Of a DNA stretch of 25,008 nucleotides, positions 1 through 7,488 are shown one piece after another (position 1 is the stretch's first letter; every line of letters starts with the position of its first letter). A model generated the notes under the pieces. That model saw only the letters and a program-made list of their open reading frames with translations. It was not told where the DNA came from and made no database searches. The translations under genes were made by a program, and so were the position numbers. The stretch is from an uncultured Armatimonadia bacterium (GTDB taxonomy: Bacteria > Armatimonadota > Zipacnadia > Zipacnadales > JABUFB01): the NCBI GenBank assembly GCA_964542355.1, contig CAZIWQ010000005.1, forward strand, positions 1 through 25,008, given 5' to 3'.

Positions 1-2
1 TC

Positions 3-1451
3 CAGCCCTCGCGCGGCCTTGCCGGCCACACACGCTCCGTAGACCTTCAGCCCCCAGTCCTCCCAGGCCTGGCGGGCCGCCGACAAGAGCGCCGTCTTTC
101 CGGTCCCCGCGATCCCACTGACTACCTGCACCGACCCCGGCCGGCGGGTGATATGCTCCAACGCCTCTGTCTGCTGCGGCGTCAGGGAGATGCCCCTCTT
201 GTAGTACAGCCACCATTGTGCCTCTATGAACCAGTGTTTGCTGACCACATGCCGCCGATCACCCCTAGACTGCTCCACCATACTCAACAGGTGCTGTTCC
301 AGCGCCAGCACCTCGCGTGTCGTATACCGCCGCTCCCCCTCCCACTCCCCCAGACACAGCACCTCCTCGGAACTGCGCAGCTCCTGGGCAGCACGGGCCG
401 TGATCTCTCGCGCCGTCAGCCCCGTCCCTTGGCCGAACTCCGCCATCCGTCGCACCAGGTCCCGCGCCGTGAAGTGGTTGGCATCATGGGTGAGCAGCTC
501 CAACGCGCCGGCGGTGATCCCATGCAGCGCCTCGTGAGTGTTGATCTGCCGCCGCGAGCGGTGCAGAACGCCTGCGACCTGCTGCGGGCCCCAGCCTAGT
601 CTCTCCCCAATTTCGTGCCACTGAGCGAATAACTTCTCCCGCGGCTCCGGGGCCACGTCCTTCTTGTCCCGCGTCAGCACCGCCACCGTGGCCGCTCCTC
701 CGGCACTCGACCACCCGCGCTCCTCCATCGCCGTCATGATCTGTTGGCGCCGCTTCGAGAACTCCTGCATGACCCTCTCCGAAACTCCCGCCACCTCGAA
801 CCAGGTCTGGACACGAACACACCTTACCCCCAGCCCCTGCTCCAACTGCGTCGCGAACTCCGCTCGGTATAGCGCCCCCGCAGCCATCTTGTGCTGGTAG
901 TAGGGTCGGCTGCGGATCGTCCCCGTGGTCCCATCCTCCCGGACCCCCAGGTTAGGGATCAGCAGATGGGTATGGAGCAGCGGGTCCTTGGCCCGCGAGG
1001 TATGGTGGTCGAAGGCTGCCATCGCCAGGGCAACACGTTGCTCGTGCACCCCGCCCCGGCCCCGCCGCGTGAAGGTCGCCTGCTCCTCTAAGTAGCGTAG
1101 CGCCTCCTCAACCGCCCGTGCGTGGGCCGCCTCGATCACCTGCCTTATCTCCGGCGACGCCTGGCTCCACAGCACACTCACGCTCTTCGGCGCCGAGAAG
1201 GTCAGGTCCCAGCCCTGCTGTCGCTGGGGTTGCCCGGCGCTCTGCACCAGCGCCGTCTCCCCGTCCGGTGAGAAGCCCTGCAGGAGATTGTGTAGTGGCT
1301 CTCTGTTCACCATCCCCATGAGCCCCAGGGCCTCGGCGCCCTGACCCAGCCACCGGCCCGGTGGCTCACCGCCAGCCACGTAGTAGTCCTCTCGTGCCAG
1401 GTTCAGGTAGTACTCCTCGCGCCCGCTCCCCATGGCCCCGATGGACAGCAT
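3..1451 (-). CDS. mobF: MOBF (TrwC/TraI-like) conjugative relaxase fused to RecD-like helicase, 3'-truncated by the window edge
   Basis: Not in the ORF track; manual translation from ATG 1451: MLSIGAMGSGREEYYLNLAREDYY (paired Tyr), WDLTFSAPKSVS, HUH motif HHTSRAKDPLLHTH, then Walker A GIAGTGKT and GKAARGL at the edge. Frame checked at 1451, 887 and 5. Confidence 0.93.
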   Translation of the reverse strand, partial: MLSIGAMGSGREEYYLNLAREDYYVAGGEPPGRWLGQGAEALGLMGMVNREPLHNLLQGFSPDGETALVQSAGQPQRQQGWDLTFSAPKSVSVLWSQASPEIRQVIEAAHARAVEEALRYLEEQATFTRRGRGGVHEQRVALAMAAFDHHTSRAKDPLLHTHLLIPNLGVREDGTTGTIRSRPYYQHKMAAGALYRAEFATQLEQGLGVRCVRVQTWFEVAGVSERVMQEFSKRRQQIMTAMEERGWSSAGGAATVAVLTRDKKDVAPEPREKLFAQWHEIGERLGWGPQQVAGVLHRSRRQINTHEALHGITAGALELLTHDANHFTARDLVRRMAEFGQGTGLTAREITARAAQELRSSEEVLCLGEWEGERRYTTREVLALEQHLLSMVEQSRGDRRHVVSKHWFIEAQWWLYYKRGISLTPQQTEALEHITRRPGSVQVVSGIAGTGKTALLSAARQAWEDWGLKVYGACVAGKAARGL

Positions 1452-1454
1452 GGT

Positions 1455-1847
1455 TCAGCCTCCGATCTCCCTCTCGCTCAGGTTCTTGTTGACCCAGCCC
1501 CTGGCTTCCTCGACCGTCATCTGTCCCCCGCCTACCAGCAAGGCCACTACCGCCAGCCGGAAGTGGTCACCGAACTGTGCGAACGCGTCTCGCAGCTGGC
1601 TGATCTCCGCCAGCCCCTGCAGTTGCGCGAGCAGCTGACGCAGGCCGGAGACTTCCCCGCGCAGTGCCACCAGCTCATCCTGCAGCTGGAGGGTCTCGCC
1701 GCCCATCAGGCCCTCCACCACCAGGCGACGGGCATGCTCACCGGCACTGCAGCCCAGCAGTTCTGCCCGCTCGCGTAGGACCTTCTCAGCGGTCTCATCA
1801 AGCCGAAAGGTAATCGGGTTAGAGCGTTTGGGAGTGGGTTTGGTCAT
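1455..1847 (-). CDS. Ribbon-helix-helix relaxosome accessory protein (TrwA/MobC-like role) with coiled-coil C-terminus
   Basis: N-terminal PITFRLDETAEKVLRERAELLGCSAGEHARRLV fits an RHH pattern; stop is 3 bp upstream of the relaxase ATG; lies between oriT and relaxase. Start taken at MTKP (1847) rather than the track start 1901. Confidence 0.7.
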   Translation of the reverse strand: MTKPTPKRSNPITFRLDETAEKVLRERAELLGCSAGEHARRLVVEGLMGGETLQLQDELVALRGEVSGLRQLLAQLQGLAEISQLRDAFAQFGDHFRLAVVALLVGGGQMTVEEARGWVNKNLSEREIGG

Positions 1848-1878
1848 CGCCTTCGGGGCTCCTCGTGACGGCTTATGT

Positions 1879-1918
1879 GTATACCAATACGTATACCTCA
1901 TTTGAAGCCATTTGGCAA
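1879..1918 (-). promoter_or_regulatory. Candidate promoter of the RHH-relaxase operon with GTATACC direct repeats
   Basis: Minus strand TTGCCA (1918-1913), 17 bp, TATACG (1895-1890); GTATACC at 1879-1885 and 1891-1897 overlap the -10. Confidence 0.35.
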
Positions 1919-1944
1919 GCTATAATGTCGTTTGAAACGCTCTG

Positions 1945-1975
1945 TGGTGCACCATAGGTGCATAAGGTGTGGAAG
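1945..1975 (+). other. Predicted MOBF oriT, nic between 1970 and 1971
   Basis: TGCACC-ATA-GGTGCA hairpin (1948-1962) followed by 8 nt TAAGGTGT then GG; same layout as the R388 nic (GCGCACC-GAAA-GGTGCG TATTGTCT^) and F-like GGTGT^GG; adjacent to the relaxase operon. Confidence 0.75.
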
Positions 1976-2323
1976 GTGGTGGTTTACGGAGAGGCAGGAG
2001 GGGTGAGGAGGGTACAGGGGCGCAAGGCAGGGCCAGGAGGCAAAGCGCTGGGAGCGCAGCAGGAGCGAGGGTCAGGTCTGGTGGACGGGCGTGGCGGTGG
2101 CGGCAGGGCAGGGAGATGTGTAGCGGCGGAGAGCTGCGGGAGGAGTGGGCAGCGGCGCGAGGGGGCGCTGGCTGCTCGGGTGCAGGCTGATGGGGCCAAG
2201 GACGACGGAGTGGCGACGGCTGGTCTGGAGTGAGGTTCGGGAGCCTCTTCCCTATCTGCTGACTGTCGGTGTAAGTGGCGACCGACCAGACTACCCGTCT
2301 GGCCGGCCGCCGGATCAGCTCAC

Positions 2324-2617
2324 TCAGTATTCATCGGGCAGCAGGATCGTTGTGACCGAGCGGTCGGCCTCGGTGATGACCCAGAACTTGTGTCCCGACT
2401 GCGACTGGTACGCCGACAGCAGCCGGAACCCCTCGCGCACGGACAGGTCGTTCTCCTCGCGGTCCGCGGCGCAGACCTCGCCCCAGTCCCCCCGACAGTG
2501 CCGGCTCAGGGCGGTCATCACGTCCTCATGGCTCAGCGCCTCCTGCGCTCCTGGGGTGATGCAGATGCTCCCCAGACTGAATGGTGTCTGTTGCTCCTTG
2601 GTGTCTTTGTGTATCAT
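2324..2617 (-). CDS. Conserved small plasmid/ICE hypothetical protein (ITPGA...RH..GDWG...WVITEADRSVTTILLPDEY family)
   Basis: Recognisable motif set; GGAG RBS upstream of ATG 2617; 97 aa. Confidence 0.8.
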   Translation of the reverse strand: MIHKDTKEQQTPFSLGSICITPGAQEALSHEDVMTALSRHCRGDWGEVCAADREENDLSVREGFRLLSAYQSQSGHKFWVITEADRSVTTILLPDEY

Positions 2618-2669
2618 CGCTCTATCTCCATCAAAAAGGGGCCGGCCACCCGAGCCGACCCCACAGTTA

Positions 2670-2924
2670 CTACTCTGCACTCTCCTCGGCCTCGCTGCCT
2701 GTGACCAGGTCCCGGAACATCAGGGTGTGTGCCTCGTCCAGCGCCTTGATCACCAACGGCAAGTCATCGCGCCAGAAGCTGTCCGACGTTTTCCACTCCT
2801 CCCCGGACTTGTATCTCCGGCTGACCGTCACGGTGTAGCGCACGCCGTGCTCGGTGTTGTTCGGCCAGATCGTGGCCCGGATGCGCCCATAACGGATCTC
2901 GGCGACTGGTTTGCTGTTTGCCAT
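2670..2924 (-). CDS. Small beta-rich hypothetical protein, possibly ssDNA-binding (PC4-like fold is an inference)
   Basis: 84 aa MANSKPVAEIRYGRIRATIWPN...YTVTVSRRYKSGEEWKTSDSFWRDDL...; GGGAG RBS; acidic tail SEAEESAE. The upstream part of the 275-aa track ORF is low-complexity and not credible. Confidence 0.75.
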   Translation of the reverse strand: MANSKPVAEIRYGRIRATIWPNNTEHGVRYTVTVSRRYKSGEEWKTSDSFWRDDLPLVIKALDEAHTLMFRDLVTGSEAEESAE

Positions 2925-2925
2925 A

Positions 2926-3002
2926 GCTGTTCTCCCAAAAGGGGGATGGTCCATTCCATCCACGCGTACCTGGTGGAATGGACCAGCCCCCGAGGGAACA
3001 GC
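2926..3002. repeat. 77-nt imperfect inverted repeat directly upstream of the 84-aa gene
   Basis: TGGTCCATTCCA (2947-2958) and TGGAATGGACCA (2974-2985) are perfect complements; GGGGG/CCCCC and GCTGTTC/GAACAGC extend the stem. Confidence 0.85.
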
Positions 3003-3480
3003 GGGGCCCTGCCGGTGGGGAAGCGGAAGCAGAAGCCGGGAAGGCACGGGAAGTGACGGCCCCCCCAGGGGCTGGCGCGCCCCGTGCCCGGCAGCGACGC
3101 GACCGCCGGCGGGAATGGCCCATGGCAGACAGCCCAGGCCGCCAGAGAGCCGCGGGCGCACGGGCAACTGGCCGGGGAAACGGTAGGCACGGCGGGCAAC
3201 GGTCAGGGAAGCCGAACAGCCGGGAGAGGGGACCACGACGTAGGGCGCAGACAGTTGCTGCGGGTGGCTCAGGCGCGGGGCGTTGCCCCTGTCGGCAGGG
3301 GTGACCTGGGCAGGGCGCGAGGCACGGCAGAGAGCATGACCGGGGGGCGCGGGGGACGGCCAGAGAGGGAGATGACCGGTGAGACACAAGCGGCGCCGCG
3401 AGCACAGACCTGACCGGGGGAGCCGGCTGAGGCCGGGCGCGCAGCCAGGAGCAAGAGGTCCTGCGGCGGGATCGGCAGGG

Positions 3481-4725
3481 TCACGAGGAGGGGTCATGGT
3501 CCAGCTGAGGGGAGGGGCAGGGCGGCAGCTGCCGGTTCACAGTGCGGTCCCAGGCCCAGAAGTCCAGCACGCGGCCCCGTTCGGCAAAGAACGCCAGGCA
3601 CCGCTCGCGATGACTGCCCGGAGCGTCGAAGGCCGCCAGACAGCGGGCGCGCATGGGCTCTGACAGAGGCAGGCGCGCGTGAGCGGCACGGAGCTGGGCC
3701 TCGTGGGTCTGAAACTCCTCCCACAGTCTGGGCTCCTGGGCCATGATCTCCCCCAACCGCTGGTCGAGGTACCCCGCATACGCTGCCTGCCAGGCGGCAG
3801 CATAGTCATCTCGGGCGCGGTTGGCCTCAGCGCGCGCGGCGGTGGCAGCCTGCCGTCGCGCGCACGCCTGTGCTTGTCGGTAGCCCCGCGGTGGGCCATA
3901 GGCCCCCTCGATGGCGCACCGCAGCCACGCCCCCGGACTGCCCCGCAGTTCCGCTGCTTTGTAGGGCAGGTAGGCCAGTTGGCGGCGGCATTCTGCGGGG
4001 CTGGCGCCGGCGAGCCGCACCGCGTCCTCCCGGTTCACGTCCTGCGCCACCAATGCGGCAACGAGGTCCTCAGTAGCAGCTTCTGCTGCTGTTTCTTGTT
4101 CTGTCTCTTGTTCTGTCTCTTGTCTCTCCCGTTCTGGGAGGACCCCCTCTCCCAACATCGGAGGACCCCCGCCAGTATCTGAGAGGACGTTCTCCCGATC
4201 TGGGAGAGCCCTCTCCCCCACCTCCGAAGAGACCTGCTGAGCAGGCAGGGCCGGTTCATTCCCAAGCTCACCGACGAAGTCGAGATTGAGGCGGTACGTC
4301 GTTTGATCGTGCTCGCCCGTGCTGGCATCCAGGTTTCGTTGGCGAACGAGTAGCCCCCGTGCTTCCAGCGACTTGGCCGCCCGCGCCACGCTCGATACGG
4401 ACAGCCCCGTCCCCCGATCCAGCACACTCCCGTCGCGGCGGCGGATCCCCCGCGCCAGCTGCTGCAGGCTGATGCGGTCCCGGTCCTTCCCAAAACCGTA
4501 CGTCCGGCGGGCCACGTACAACAGCACTTTGAGTTCAGCCCCGGTGAGTGCCCACATCCAGTGATCCAGGATCAAGTCTGGTATCTGTGTGCTGTTCGGT
4601 ATCAGGCTCCTGACCATAGGCCCCCCACTGACTGCGCGAGTGTCTCGATCCTCTGATGCGGCCACCCCCTCTCTCGATGCGCCATCGTTTGGCTGCTCAT
4701 CCCGTTGTGTAGCTTCCTCGCTCAA
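3481..4725 (-). CDS. Phage O-like / wHTH replication initiator, paralog 1 (TTG start 4725; alternative ATG 4617)
   Basis: STQIPDLILDHWM..LTGAELKVLLYVARRTYGF.KDRDRISLQQL..GI..RDG..LDRGTGLS...V.RA.KSLE.RGL wHTH; internal DNA repeats; helical SPGAWL..AI domain. Confidence 0.75.
   Translation of the reverse strand: MSEEATQRDEQPNDGASREGVAASEDRDTRAVSGGPMVRSLIPNSTQIPDLILDHWMWALTGAELKVLLYVARRTYGFGKDRDRISLQQLARGIRRRDGSVLDRGTGLSVSSVARAAKSLEARGLLVRQRNLDASTGEHDQTTYRLNLDFVGELGNEPALPAQQVSSEVGERALPDRENVLSDTGGGPPMLGEGVLPERERQETEQETEQETAAEAATEDLVAALVAQDVNREDAVRLAGASPAECRRQLAYLPYKAAELRGSPGAWLRCAIEGAYGPPRGYRQAQACARRQAATAARAEANRARDDYAAAWQAAYAGYLDQRLGEIMAQEPRLWEEFQTHEAQLRAAHARLPLSEPMRARCLAAFDAPGSHRERCLAFFAERGRVLDFWAWDRTVNRQLPPCPSPQLDHDPSS
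4095..4222. repeat. Intragenic iteron-like array of rep1 plus 12-bp tandem repeat
   Basis: TCTCCC-N5-GGGAG-like dyads at 4125, 4148, 4170 (degenerate), 4191, 4212 (degenerate), period 21-23 bp; CTTGTTCTGTCT x2 plus a partial copy at 4095-4127. Confidence 0.6.
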
Positions 4726-4821
4726 CTATCCACCAGGCCCGAGCACCTGACAAGGTGCGCGCAGGAATGAGTAATGTAGTCCGCACGCCCGGCCTGGCGT
4801 CAGACATCTGCCGCAATGCCT

Positions 4822-4938
4822 CAATACTGTACTACCGTAATACCGTCAGACAGTCAAGCCTCATAGCCGCTAAACCGTACTACGGCTGCACTGTAATACG
4901 GCAGTGCCGCTTCGCGTCTTGACATCCTTGCGGTATTG
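4822..4938. repeat. Candidate centromere/operator 8-mer repeats (consensus YAMTACYG) upstream of parA
   Basis: CAATACTG/TACTACCG/TAATACCG tandem at 4822-4845; CCGTACTACGG 4875-4885; CTGTAATACGG 4891-4901; inverted CGGTATTG 4931-4938. Confidence 0.6.
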
Positions 4939-4947
4939 CTGTTCAAT
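4919..4947 (+). promoter_or_regulatory. Sigma70-type promoter of the parA operon
   Basis: TTGACA (4919-4924), 17 bp, TTCAAT (4942-4947), 25 bp before the ATG at 4973. Confidence 0.6.
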
Positions 4948-4972
4948 GCCCCTACTCGAACCGAGGGATCAC

Positions 4973-5752
4973 ATGACACGGACCATCGCCATCTGCAACC
5001 AAAAGGGTGGGGTCGGCAAGACCAACACCGTCGCGAACCTCGGTGCTGCTTTCGCCCAGATGGGGAAGCGGACGCTGCTGGTCGACCTCGACCCCCGCGG
5101 TGATCTCACGTCGTCGTTCGGCATCGATGCGGATACGCTGGAAGTGACCGTCTATGAGGCGCTCTTTGACCCAGCGGTCTCGCTGGTGGACGCCTCGGTG
5201 CTGCTTCCTGCTGACAATCTGGCCCTGGTCCCCGCCAATACCAATCTGGCGGCCGGCGAGATGCTGCTGATGGAGCGGGGGAGAGGGGACAGGGAGAGGA
5301 TACTGGCTGATCTCCTGCAGCAAGTCAGCCCGGAGGTCGAGTTCGTCCTCATCGACACCCCACCAGGGCTGCAACTGCTCACGGTCAACGCTCTGGTCGC
5401 CGCACGCGAGGTTCTGGTCCCCCAGCAGTGCTCTTTCATCAGTCTCCATGGCCTCAAACAGCTTCAGAAGACGGTGGATGGCGTCCGCGAGGCTCTCAAC
5501 CCCGAGCTTCACATCTGTGGGATCGTGGCGACCATGCTGGACAGGCGCACGCTCCATCACCGCGAGGTCATCACACTGATGCGCGAGGCCTTTGGTGAAC
5601 TGGTCTTCGAGACCATGATCCCCACCAGCATCCGCTTTCAGGAGGCCCCGGCGACGGGCACACCTGTCATCCAGTACGCTCCGCAGTCTACGGGAGCTGT
5701 CGCCTATGTTGCACTAGCTATGGAGGTGCTAGACCGTGGCAAAGCGAGCTGA
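4973..5752 (+). CDS. parA: ParA/Soj family partition ATPase (short, type Ib-like)
   Basis: MTRTIAICNQKGGVGKT deviant Walker A, LLVDLDP, LIDTPP; GAGGGA RBS before ATG 4973. Confidence 0.95.
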   Translation: MTRTIAICNQKGGVGKTNTVANLGAAFAQMGKRTLLVDLDPRGDLTSSFGIDADTLEVTVYEALFDPAVSLVDASVLLPADNLALVPANTNLAAGEMLLMERGRGDRERILADLLQQVSPEVEFVLIDTPPGLQLLTVNALVAAREVLVPQQCSFISLHGLKQLQKTVDGVREALNPELHICGIVATMLDRRTLHHREVITLMREAFGELVFETMIPTSIRFQEAPATGTPVIQYAPQSTGAVAYVALAMEVLDRGKAS

Positions 5753-6194
5753 ACTGCCGAAGGCCAACGCCTTCTTCGGGGGCGCGTCCCCAGCGACGCG
5801 GGAGGCTGTAGCCCCGTCTCATGAACCTGCCGAAGCGGCCGCTGTAGTGTCTGAGGGTGCGACCGAGCTTCCTCTCCAGGAGGCACCCCCAGCGCCTGTT
5901 GCTGTCGAGGCTGGACGCGGCGCTACAGGTACACCTGAGGCTGTGGTCCCCCCTGAGGCCGTCGTCAGCACCACCACCAAGGACGGGGGGGGCGACGTGG
6001 AGAAGGTCACCTTGTACCTTCCCCCTGACATCATCCGACAGCTTGAGGTGACACGGGTTGACCTGCTCGTGCGGTACGGCGCGAAGGTCAACCGCTCACG
6101 GATCGCCGCCGCCATCCTCCGGCAGACGCTGGAGGACATCTCCCAACATCACCCCACGGGAGATCGCCTGATGGAGGCCCTGACGCGGGCATAG
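5736..6194 (+). CDS. RHH partition adaptor (ParG-like) with long flexible N-terminus
   Basis: GTG start overlaps the parA end; Ala/Pro/Glu-rich linker; C-terminal KVTLYLPPDIIRQLE...VNRSRIAAAILRQ RHH pattern. Confidence 0.7.
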   Translation: MAKRAELPKANAFFGGASPATREAVAPSHEPAEAAAVVSEGATELPLQEAPPAPVAVEAGRGATGTPEAVVPPEAVVSTTTKDGGGDVEKVTLYLPPDIIRQLEVTRVDLLVRYGAKVNRSRIAAAILRQTLEDISQHHPTGDRLMEALTRA

Positions 6195-6228
6195 AGCACA
6201 CGCCGTCGGTAACCCAGGAGTTCATGCT

Positions 6229-7488
6229 ATGCCGCCCCCCAAGGATGATGACTTCGAGTTCGAAGGCTTCTTGGCGCCCTCCTATACCCAGGTGCCGGAC
6301 GAGGCCTTCGACAAGCTCATGGCCAGGCTCAGTCCCGCTGAGTTTAAGGTCATGATGTACATCATCCGTCGCACCTTTGGGTTCAAGAAGGGCGCCGACG
6401 CGATCTCCATCAGCCAGATTGTCTCCGGCATACGAACCAAAGACGGCACGCAGCTCGACATGGGAACGGGCCTCACCAGACGGGGTGTGACCAAAGCACT
6501 GGCCGAACTGGCAAGGCGCAAGGTCATCGTGGTCGAGCGCCGACGCAGCGTGAAAAAGGGCTTCGAGGCCACCGTCTACCGCCTAAACATCATCGGCAAC
6601 CTCGGCAATTTCCCCCATCCCGATGATCCCCGCGTCCAGCCGCTCCTGCAGCTTCCGCAAGACCCTAGGGAACTGAGTTCCCTAGGGCTAGGGAACTCAG
6701 TTCCCCAGGCTAGGGAACTGAGTTCCCTAGAACAAGAAACAGTAGTACAAGACACAGAGAAACAACAACAACAGCCCCGTCCGCGCCGGGCCAAAGCCTC
6801 CCCCAAAACCACACCCGTCAGCGAACCAACGGATGTTGTTGTTGCTTCTTCGAATGATACGACGACAGACACGGCCAACGACATCCAGACCGGTCTCGCC
6901 GCTCTCGGCGTCGCACAGTCGACCATACGCAGCCTGCTCAAGAACCGGGACCACACGACAGTGGGACGCTGGGTCGCCTATGTCGAGCATAAACTGGCCA
7001 GCGGCTGGATGCCTCATGAGTCTCCGGCGGCGTGGATTGTCACGGCCATCCGCTCCGGTGACTGGGTCATCCCGGATTGGTTCCAGACACCTGAAGAACA
7101 GGCCGCCGCCGCCGCTCAAGAGGTACAGCTGGTTGAGGCAGAGAGAAGACGACGTGACGAGGAAGCAGAACTTGAACGCCGCAAAGCTGAGCAGCAACGG
7201 CGCGCCGTCGAGAGTGAACTGGGGGTAGGGGAGAGCACGCGGGAGACCTGGGAACGGGTACAGGATCTGCTCCGGGACACTGAGCACTTCTCAGTTGCGT
7301 TCCTCGGCAGCCACCTGTTGCCGCTCAACGGTCGCGTGGCCACCGTGGTGACTTCAGCCCCCTTCTTCCGGGAGGTCATTGAGAAGCGCGCCGAGGCTCT
7401 GTGTTCAGTCATCTCCGAGGTGTCTGGCAAGAACATCGAGGTCGTAGAGGTAAAGCTCTTCCAGCCGACAGCGGGGGCGGGGAAATAG
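6229..7488 (+). CDS. Phage O-like / wHTH replication initiator, paralog 2, with DnaA-domain-I-like C-terminus
   Basis: YTQVPDEAFDKLMARLSPAEFKVMMYIIRRTFGFKKGADAISISQI..GIRTKDG..LDMGTGLT aligns by eye with paralog 1; AGGAG RBS; internal palindromic repeats. Confidence 0.8.
   Translation: MPPPKDDDFEFEGFLAPSYTQVPDEAFDKLMARLSPAEFKVMMYIIRRTFGFKKGADAISISQIVSGIRTKDGTQLDMGTGLTRRGVTKALAELARRKVIVVERRRSVKKGFEATVYRLNIIGNLGNFPHPDDPRVQPLLQLPQDPRELSSLGLGNSVPQARELSSLEQETVVQDTEKQQQQPRPRRAKASPKTTPVSEPTDVVVASSNDTTTDTANDIQTGLAALGVAQSTIRSLLKNRDHTTVGRWVAYVEHKLASGWMPHESPAAWIVTAIRSGDWVIPDWFQTPEEQAAAAAQEVQLVEAERRRRDEEAELERRKAEQQRRAVESELGVGESTRETWERVQDLLRDTEHFSVAFLGSHLLPLNGRVATVVTSAPFFREVIEKRAEALCSVISEVSGKNIEVVEVKLFQPTAGAGK
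6663..6730. repeat. Three 21-bp palindromic iteron-like repeats inside rep2
   Basis: CTAGGGAACT(G/C)AGTTCCC(T/C)AG at 6665-6685, 6688-6708, 6710-6730, followed by an A-rich tract. Confidence 0.9.

Noticed and set aside
1921-1926. Perfect TATAAT on the plus strand
   Set aside because: No properly spaced -35 and no credible plus-strand gene downstream; an oriT-crossing RNA cannot be excluded but is unsupported.
2145-3497. Long track ORFs 2145..3056 (+), 2764..3405 (-) and the N-terminal 190 aa of 2670..3497 (-)
   Set aside because: Low-complexity Pro/Arg/Gly translations from skewed high-GC DNA, overlapping better-supported genes with clear RBSs.
4743-4758. Second oriT-like hairpin GCACC-TGACAA-GGTGC upstream of rep1
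   Set aside because: 5-bp arms are common at this GC content, and neither strand has the 8-nt nic motif after the hairpin.
6663-6730. Palindromic repeats as a mini CRISPR array
   Set aside because: Units are separated by only 1-2 nt with no spacers, lie in frame inside a CDS, and no cas genes are present.
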